64,000 nt of DNA. Origin: an uncultured Gemmatimonadales bacterium (lineage in GTDB: Bacteria; Gemmatimonadota; Gemmatimonadetes; Gemmatimonadales; GWC2-71-9). This document shows, one piece after another, positions 57,539 through 64,000 of the stretch; the stretch's first letter is position 1; every line of letters begins with the position of its first letter. The translations under genes and the position numbers were made by a program. The stretch is taken from assembly GCA_963695555.1 (NCBI GenBank), contig CAVOGR010000001.1, positions 896,001-960,000 on the forward strand, written 5' to 3'. Below the pieces are notes generated by a model. That model had not been told where the DNA came from. It saw only the letters and a list, made by a program, of their open reading frames with translations, and did no database searches.

Positions 57539-59308
57539 ATGGCGCCGGTGTGGCGAAGCAGGGCCGGTGGACAGTCTGTGCCCCGGCATCTGGTTCTATC
57601 CGTTCTGCTCACCTCGAGCCTGGTCGGCACATTGCCGGCGCAAGAAGCCGCGGTGGCGCGCGCGTTCGAACTCGAACGCCGAGGAAAGTACGCCGAGGCG
57701 GCTGACGCCTATCGGCTCGTCCTCCTCACCCACGCTACCGACGTATCGGCCCTACTCGGCATGGAGCGGTCGCTCCTCCCGCTTGGCCGATCGGCGGACA
57801 TTCTACCGCCCGTTCGCGCCGCGCTCGCGCTCGACCCCACGCTCACCGTGGCGCATGGGATCGGCGTGCGGGCGTGGGCCGAGCTGGGGCAGCTCGACAG
57901 CCTGAAGGCCCTGGTCGAGCGATGGGTTCGGGTGGAGCCGGACGACGAGGCCCCGTACCGGGAGTGGGGCCGCGCGGCGCTTCTCCAGCGCGACCGTGGT
58001 GCGGCCCGGGCGGCGTATCGCCTTGGACGCGAGCGTTTGGGGCGTCCCACTGCCTTGGCGGCGGAGCTCGCTCAACTCGCGGTAATCGAGGGGAAGTACG
58101 GCGAGGCATCCCGTGAGTGGGTGCATGCCGTGGGGGATCTTCCCGGGTATCGAAGCGCGGCCCTGTCGGCGCTCGGCAAGGCCACCGCGAAGGCGCGCCC
58201 GGAAATCCTCCAAGCGCTGAACGCGGCGCGTGCACCTGTGGGGCGCGAGTTAGCTGCCAGCCTCCAAGCAGAGTGGGGCGAGCCGTTGGCGGGGCTCCAT
58301 CTTCTCGAACGGAACCTTCCTCGAGGTGCCGACGCCGAGGTTCAAGCCTACCAACAGTTCCTGGAGCAGATCCGGGGACAGCAAGGGGACGAAGCGAAAC
58401 AGGTTCGCGCCAGGATTCTCGAGGCCATAGCACAGCGGACCGCCGGCCCACAGAATGCCCGCCTTCGACTCGAGGCTGCCCGGTCGTTCGCCGAGAGCGG
58501 TGATGCCGCCGCCGCCCGCCGGATGCTGGCCGGACTGGCTGAGGACGAGGCGGCGCCACCGGACCTCGCGGCCGGTGCGACCCTCACGCTCATCAAGATC
58601 CTCGCAGCCGAAGGGAAGTTGGCAGAGGCGGAGCAGCGATTAGAGCGACATCAGGATGGCCTGAGCGGGGAAGACGTGGCGAACGCATGGCGCGACCTCG
58701 CTGTTCGATGGATTGATGCCGGCAACCTGGACCGCGCGGAGGCGGCCATCGCTCACGATCAGTCCGTGGAGGGACTCGCCGTCGCGGGGAAGGTACGCCT
58801 CTTTCGCGGCGACCTTCGCGGCGCGTTCGAGCGACTCCAGGCCGCGGGGCCATTTGCCGGCTCGCGCGAGGACGCGGCGGAGAGAACGGCGCTGCTCGCG
58901 CTCATCCAACCGATTCGAGCCGACAGCCTTCCAGCCTTGGGCCAAGGGCTGTCGGCCCTGGAGCGAGGGGATACGGTGACGGCGCTTCGGGCACTCTTGG
59001 CCGTAGCAGAGAGACTCCATCTTGGTGCTGGTGGGGCCGAGGTGTATCTGCTGGCTGGCCGCGTCGAGGCCGCACGTGGACGCACTGATCGGGCAGAGCG
59101 GCTCTTTCGGATGGCGGACAACGCCGATGCGCTGGCCACGGCTCCGGCCGCCGAACTCGAGTTGGCGCGTCTATTGGTCGGCCTCGAGCGGGTCGAGGAG
59201 GCGATCGAGCTCCTCGAACATCTCATCATCACCTATTCGGGTAGCGCCCTGGTGCCTCAAGCCCGGCGGCTGCTCGATGCGGTGCGTGGGGCGGTTCCGC
59301 GAACATGA
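57539..59308 (+). CDS. Exported TPR-repeat protein
   Basis: Signal-like segment ending PAQ, helical repeats, C-terminal LIITYSGS..VPQARR; start may be a later GTG. Confidence 0.75.
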   Translation: MAPVWRSRAGGQSVPRHLVLSVLLTSSLVGTLPAQEAAVARAFELERRGKYAEAADAYRLVLLTHATDVSALLGMERSLLPLGRSADILPPVRAALALDPTLTVAHGIGVRAWAELGQLDSLKALVERWVRVEPDDEAPYREWGRAALLQRDRGAARAAYRLGRERLGRPTALAAELAQLAVIEGKYGEASREWVHAVGDLPGYRSAALSALGKATAKARPEILQALNAARAPVGRELAASLQAEWGEPLAGLHLLERNLPRGADAEVQAYQQFLEQIRGQQGDEAKQVRARILEAIAQRTAGPQNARLRLEAARSFAESGDAAAARRMLAGLAEDEAAPPDLAAGATLTLIKILAAEGKLAEAEQRLERHQDGLSGEDVANAWRDLAVRWIDAGNLDRAEAAIAHDQSVEGLAVAGKVRLFRGDLRGAFERLQAAGPFAGSREDAAERTALLALIQPIRADSLPALGQGLSALERGDTVTALRALLAVAERLHLGAGGAEVYLLAGRVEAARGRTDRAERLFRMADNADALATAPAAELELARLLVGLERVEEAIELLEHLIITYSGSALVPQARRLLDAVRGAVPRT

Positions 59309-60597
59309 AGCGGCGCACCTTCCTTCATGGGACGGCCGCGGGTCTCGCCGTTCTCTCGCCGCTTGGGCGCGCCTTCGGCGTGCCGCCGCGCGAAGCCCCG
59401 TGGTGGCTGGTGCCAATGGATGACGCCCAAACGGACCATCTCAAGGCCTACGGTGTCGCGTTCCGGCTCCTCGAACGCGGGGGGCAGGGCGAGTGGTTCC
59501 TCAATTACCGTGGCGGCGCCTTCCTGGTTCCGGCCGACTCCGCCACCACGCGCGATGCGCAACTGGCCGGAGTCACGCTCGAGCCGCTCGCGGAGCGCGA
59601 ATTGTTGGACATTCGGGCGGCAATCGCCGAGGCCAACATGGACGCCGTCCCGCTCGAGAAGGCGCCGAAGGTGGCGGTGTACGCGCCACCCAACGCGCCG
59701 CCATGGGACGATGCGGTGACGATGGCGCTCCAATACGCCGGGATCACTTTCGAGAAGGTGTGGGACCAAGATGTGTTGAGCGATGCTATCCGTCGCTACG
59801 ATTGGCTGCATTTGCATCACGAAGATTTTACCGGCCAATACTCCAAGTTCTTTTTGAACTATGCCGGCACGGCATGGCTCGCGGACATGGTGGATCGCAA
59901 TCAACGGATGATGCGGCAGCTCGGGTTCCCGACCGTGCCGGCGCTCAAACGCGCGGTGGCCCAAGCGATCAGGGCGTACGTCGATCAGGGCGGATTCTTG
60001 TTTGCGATGTGCACGGCGACCGAAACCATCGACCTGGCCCTCGCCAGCGCCGACGTCGACATTGCGGCCAACTATGCCGACGGCAATCCGATGGACCCCA
60101 ATGCGTCGGCGAAGATGGACTGGACCCAGGCCTTGGCATTTCGGGATGCAAGACTGGTGCTGAGCCCGACGGTCTCACAGTTCTCGGACATCGACGGCCA
60201 CCAGGTCAACTCACCGGCGCTGCGGCAGCCGCTTGGTTCCTACACATTGTTCGGCTTCAGTGCGAAGATCGACCCGGTTGCCACCATGTTGGTCCAGAAC
60301 CATCGTCACGTGATTCCCGATTTCTACGGCCTGACGACCTCCTTCACGCGGCACACGCTCAAGCCGAGTCTGACCGTGCTTGCCGAGGAAGCAGGGACGC
60401 CGTGGGTCAAATACATTCACGGCGAGCAGGGGCAGGGCACGTGGACCTTCTTTGGGGGACATGACCCGGAAGACCCCCAACATCAGATCGGTGATGCACC
60501 AACCGATCTCTCGCTCCACCCGCATTCACCCGGCTATCGCCTGATCCTCAACAACGTCCTGTTCCCGGCAGCGAAGAAGCGCGAGTTGAAGACGTGA
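59305..60597 (+). CDS. Tat-exported conserved protein, class I glutamine amidotransferase-like
   Basis: MKRRTFL twin-arginine signal; HLKAYG, NYRGG, PWDDAVT, WLHLHHEDFTGQ, GGFLFAMC, GGHDPED. Confidence 0.75.
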   Translation: MKRRTFLHGTAAGLAVLSPLGRAFGVPPREAPWWLVPMDDAQTDHLKAYGVAFRLLERGGQGEWFLNYRGGAFLVPADSATTRDAQLAGVTLEPLAERELLDIRAAIAEANMDAVPLEKAPKVAVYAPPNAPPWDDAVTMALQYAGITFEKVWDQDVLSDAIRRYDWLHLHHEDFTGQYSKFFLNYAGTAWLADMVDRNQRMMRQLGFPTVPALKRAVAQAIRAYVDQGGFLFAMCTATETIDLALASADVDIAANYADGNPMDPNASAKMDWTQALAFRDARLVLSPTVSQFSDIDGHQVNSPALRQPLGSYTLFGFSAKIDPVATMLVQNHRHVIPDFYGLTTSFTRHTLKPSLTVLAEEAGTPWVKYIHGEQGQGTWTFFGGHDPEDPQHQIGDAPTDLSLHPHSPGYRLILNNVLFPAAKKRELKT

Positions 60598-60622
60598 GGG
60601 CCGGCTGAACGCGGACCCAGAT

Positions 60623-60755
60623 GGGGAGGTGGGGAGCAGGGAGTAGGACTCCGTGCGTTGTCATTCCGAGCAGCGGGGTCCTCCTTACCTCGTACTCCTT
60701 ACTCCTCACTTCTTGACTCGTCACTCGCACTTCCCACTCCCTACTCCGACTCCCT
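60623..60755. repeat. Degenerate heptamer tandem array with inverted purine-rich arm
   Basis: TACTCCT TACTCCT CACTTCT TGACTCG TCACTCG CACTTCC CACTCCC TACTCCG ACTCCCT; upstream GGGGAGC AGGGAGT AGGA. Confidence 0.75.
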
Positions 60756-60804
60756 TAAGCAGTCGATAGCCTCCCAACCCGCCTCCCCCTTACTATTCCG
60801 GGCC

Positions 60805-63330
60805 ATGTCTGCTCCCCTGCCGAGCCCGGTCCAACGAATTGCCCACGCGGCGTGTGCCCGTCTTCGGGCGGAGATTGGTCGCGCCGGTGGCCGTGAGGTC
60901 TGTTTCGTGGCCGACCTCGACGGCGAAGGGATCATCGTCTCGGCCGATGCGGTGTCTCGGGGGACGCCCGACATGGTGCTCGCCCTGCCCGGTGTCGCGA
61001 GCCGGGGTCAAATGCTGCTCCACAATCATCCCACCGGAGAACTCGAGCCGTCGCAAGCCGACTTGAGTGTCGCCGCCCGGCTCCACGAGGCCGGCATCGG
61101 GTTCGGCATCATCAATAACGACGCGTCTGAACTGTATGTCGTGACCGAAGTCCCTGTCCCACGGGTCACCAACGCGATCGATCCCTTCGACGTAGTGGGA
61201 ACTCTTGCCGAGCACGGCGCCGTCAGTCGCGTGCTCGGCCAGTTCGAGGATCGTCCGAGCCAGCGCGACATGGCGGCCTACATCGCCGACGGCTACAACG
61301 AAGGCGGCGTGCAGGTCCTGGAAGCCGGGACCGGGGTGGGGAAGTCCTTCGCCTACCTGGTTCCAGCGTTGGCATGGGCCCGGGCCAATTCCGAGCGCAC
61401 GGTCATCAGCACCAACACCATCAACCTGCAAGAGCAATTGGTTGGGAAAGATCTGCCCCTGCTGAAGGATGCGCTTCAGTGCGCCGACTACACGCCCACG
61501 TTCGCGTTGCTCAAGGGATGGCGCAACTACCTCTGTCTGGCGCGGCTGGAGCAGGCGGCGTCAGCGCAGCAGACGCTGCTCGAGCCGGAGCGGCTCGATG
61601 AACTCCTCACCGTGGTCGAATGGGCAGGGCACACGGCAGACGGCACGCTCAGCGACCTACCGTTCACCCCGGCAACAGAAGTATGGGACGAGGTCAGCGC
61701 GGAGTCCGATCTCTGCACCCGCCTCAAGTGCTCGTGGTATCAGAAGTGTTTCCTCTTTCAGGCGCGTCAGCGCGCCGCGGAAGCGGACGTGGTGGTGGTG
61801 AATCACCATCTCTTCGCCGCCGATCTCTCGGTGCGTCTGGCTCAGGACAATTGGCTGGAAGCCGCCGTGTTGCCCCCCTACCGGCGGCTCATTCTCGACG
61901 AAGCCCATCATCTCGAGGACGTCGCGGCAGAGCATCTCGGGACCCAGGTCACGAGTTGGGGGGTGCGACGATTACTCGGCCGATTCGAGCGGAATGGAAA
62001 GGGGCTGGCGCCGGCGCTCGCCCAGGAATTGGCTGCGCGTGACGATCTCCTGAGTAGGGCCAGCCTGGACCTCCTCAGGGAACGCCTCATCCCGGCCCTC
62101 TCCACCGCCCGGCGGATGGCCGACGCGCTGTTCGCTCGATTGCAGGGACACTTGGCGAATGTATCGGGCCGGACGCTCCGACTGGCCGACGAATTCCAGG
62201 CCGACGAGATCTGGGCCCAAGGTCTGGCCGTCGAATTGGACGGCGCGGTCGGCGCCTTCCGGCAGATCAAGGACCTGGTCGAAACAATCGCGGACCGCCT
62301 CGCCCAAGGCGAGGAATCGGAACGGCAGCAACAGTTGCTCAAGGAACTGCGCGGACTGTACCGCCGGCTCGAGAGCCAGGAGGACGGACTCAATCGCACG
62401 CTCCGTCCGGCGCCGGGCGGAGACCCGGTGGTGCGCTGGATGGAGCGGTGGGGGCAGCGTGGCCAACACGTACGGCTGGCGACGGTCCCGCTCGATCTTG
62501 CCCCGATCCTGCGCGAACTCATCTTCGACCGGCTGGAAACGGTCGTCCTCACAAGCGCCACCCTTGCCGCGGGCGGTGACTTCGATTTCCTGGAACGCCG
62601 GCTGGGCCTGGCCGCGGCCCCGTCGCCGGTCACCGTGCGGGAAATACTGCCGTCGCCGTTCGACTTCACCGGCCAATGCCTGTTCGGCATCCCCAACGAC
62701 ATGCCGGACCCGCGTGCGGATGAATCGGGTCATGATGCCGCCACCGCGGAGATCGTCGCGCAACTAGCCGCGGCCTCCGATGGTGGCATGTTCGTGCTGT
62801 TTACCAGTCACGCCGCGCTCCGCCGCGTGGGCGACTTGCTCCGGGCCTCACTGCCGGTCCAATGGCCCCTGCTGGTTCAGGGCGAGGCGCCCCGCGACGC
62901 GCTCCTCCGCCGCTTTCGCGAGGCGGGGAACGCCATTCTCCTCGGCACCGATTCCTTCTGGGAAGGGGTGGACGTGCCGGGTCGGGCCCTTCGGGCCCTG
63001 GTGCTCACCAAGCTGCCGTTTAAAGTGCCCTCCGAGCCGGTCACATCGGCACGGCTCGAACGCATCAGCGAAGAGGGCGGTGACGGGTTCTGGCAGTACC
63101 TGGTGCCACACGCGGCCTTGAAACTCAAGCAAGGGTTCGGGCGGCTGATTCGCTCGCGGCAGGACGTCGGAGTTGTACTGCTGCTCGACCCGCGGATCCT
63201 CACGAAACGCTACGGCAACGTTATCCGGTCGGGACTCCCGCCAGCCACCGAGATCGTCGGGAATTGGCGTGACGTGCTGATTGCGTGTGAAGACTTCTTT
63301 GCCCGGCACGGAATTGGAGCCACCTGGTGA
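60805..63330 (+). CDS. DinG/YoaA-family Fe-S helicase with N-terminal JAB/MPN domain
   Basis: HNHPTGELEPSQAD JAMM motif; EAGTGVGKS, four Cys, DEAHH, TSATL, FWEGVD, QGFGRLIR. Confidence 0.9.
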   Translation: MSAPLPSPVQRIAHAACARLRAEIGRAGGREVCFVADLDGEGIIVSADAVSRGTPDMVLALPGVASRGQMLLHNHPTGELEPSQADLSVAARLHEAGIGFGIINNDASELYVVTEVPVPRVTNAIDPFDVVGTLAEHGAVSRVLGQFEDRPSQRDMAAYIADGYNEGGVQVLEAGTGVGKSFAYLVPALAWARANSERTVISTNTINLQEQLVGKDLPLLKDALQCADYTPTFALLKGWRNYLCLARLEQAASAQQTLLEPERLDELLTVVEWAGHTADGTLSDLPFTPATEVWDEVSAESDLCTRLKCSWYQKCFLFQARQRAAEADVVVVNHHLFAADLSVRLAQDNWLEAAVLPPYRRLILDEAHHLEDVAAEHLGTQVTSWGVRRLLGRFERNGKGLAPALAQELAARDDLLSRASLDLLRERLIPALSTARRMADALFARLQGHLANVSGRTLRLADEFQADEIWAQGLAVELDGAVGAFRQIKDLVETIADRLAQGEESERQQQLLKELRGLYRRLESQEDGLNRTLRPAPGGDPVVRWMERWGQRGQHVRLATVPLDLAPILRELIFDRLETVVLTSATLAAGGDFDFLERRLGLAAAPSPVTVREILPSPFDFTGQCLFGIPNDMPDPRADESGHDAATAEIVAQLAAASDGGMFVLFTSHAALRRVGDLLRASLPVQWPLLVQGEAPRDALLRRFREAGNAILLGTDSFWEGVDVPGRALRALVLTKLPFKVPSEPVTSARLERISEEGGDGFWQYLVPHAALKLKQGFGRLIRSRQDVGVVLLLDPRILTKRYGNVIRSGLPPATEIVGNWRDVLIACEDFFARHGIGATW

Positions 63331-63953
63331 CCCTCGTGCATCCGTCGAAGATCGTGTGCGTCGGTAGGAACTATCCGGCCCATGCCGCCGAGCTGGGGAA
63401 CGAGGTCCCCGAGCGGCCGCTCCTCTTCCTGAAACCCCCGAGTGCGCTCGTTGGGAATGGCGAGCCCATCGTTATTCCGAGCGAATCGGCCAGGGTCGAC
63501 CATGAAGCGGAAATCGGCGTGATTATCGAGCGTCGGGTTCGACGGGCCACCCCGGACGAAGCGGCCGCTGCCATCGGATTGTACGTTTGCCTCAACGACG
63601 TGACCGCTCGCGACCTCCAGCGGCCCGATGGGCAATGGACCCGAGCCAAGGGATTCGACACGTTCTGTCCCGTCAGCGATCCGGTCCGGCCGGAGACGGA
63701 TTGGCAAGAACTCGAGGTGGTGTGCCGGGTCAATGGCCAGGAGCGTCAACGGGGGAGGGCGGCCGACATGCACTTCGCCATTCCGGAGCTGATCGCGTAT
63801 ATCAGTGGCATCATGACGCTCGAGCCCGGTGATCTCGTGGCCACCGGCACACCCGCCGGCGTCGGGCCGCTAGTGGCCGGCGATGTGGTGGAAGTGGAAA
63901 TCCCGGGGGTGGGGCTCTTGACCAATCCGGTCGAGGCGGAAAGGGTCACATGA
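63327..63953 (+). CDS. Fumarylacetoacetate hydrolase family protein
   Basis: KIVCVGRNY..H, FLKP, HEAE, NDVTARD, KGFDTF, TGTPAGVG. Confidence 0.92.
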   Translation: MTLVHPSKIVCVGRNYPAHAAELGNEVPERPLLFLKPPSALVGNGEPIVIPSESARVDHEAEIGVIIERRVRRATPDEAAAAIGLYVCLNDVTARDLQRPDGQWTRAKGFDTFCPVSDPVRPETDWQELEVVCRVNGQERQRGRAADMHFAIPELIAYISGIMTLEPGDLVATGTPAGVGPLVAGDVVEVEIPGVGLLTNPVEAERVT

Positions 63954-64000
63954 GGCGACACAATACCAGACTCCTGTCGTTGCCGGGCTATCCGCTGGCG
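63950..64000 (+). CDS. Start of next CDS, truncated by window edge (possibly a class I/II aminotransferase)
   Basis: ATGA overlap with the FAH stop; only MRRHNTRLLSLPGYPLA visible. Confidence 0.35.
   Translation, partial: MRRHNTRLLSLPGYPLA

Noticed and set aside
59305..60597. Asparagine synthetase B label, recalled for this family
   Set aside because: No N-terminal Cys Ntn domain or SGGLDS PP-loop; has a Tat signal instead
60623..60755. CRISPR array
   Set aside because: Units are 7 nt, degenerate and without spacers; no cas genes

Overview
High-GC bacterial chromosome window with densely packed, mostly housekeeping genes. Gene content and order suggest Gemmatimonadota (inference only). It holds about 59 CDS, one tRNA-Gln(TTG), and no recognisable transposase, integrase, prophage, rRNA or CRISPR array. 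Core genes include rpmE-prfA-prmC-tmk, smc, aroF, lolA, rpsF-rpsR-rplI, ychF, hppA (frameshifted), pth-rplY-prs-tRNA-ispE, pdxJ, trxA and rsmI. The most unusual block is 8.4-17 kb. It contains an Lnb-type (DUF4105) gene next to lnt; a putative sigma54-driven operon of an orphan pilin-like gene, a membrane HAMP-GAF-HD-GYP gene and a small membrane protein; and a Crp / metallo-beta-lactamase hydrolase / exported TolB-like-TPR operon with a perfect CRP-box-like palindrome. Other points of interest: a His-less multi-Hpt-like protein, a zinc-peptidase/propeller/Omp85 fusion, a DUF4159/coiled-coil/TPR/Tat-exported amidotransferase-like cluster, a JAB-DinG fusion, two probable CTG-initiated genes and inverted heptamer repeats. 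Family assignments come from motifs recognised by eye; no searches were run.
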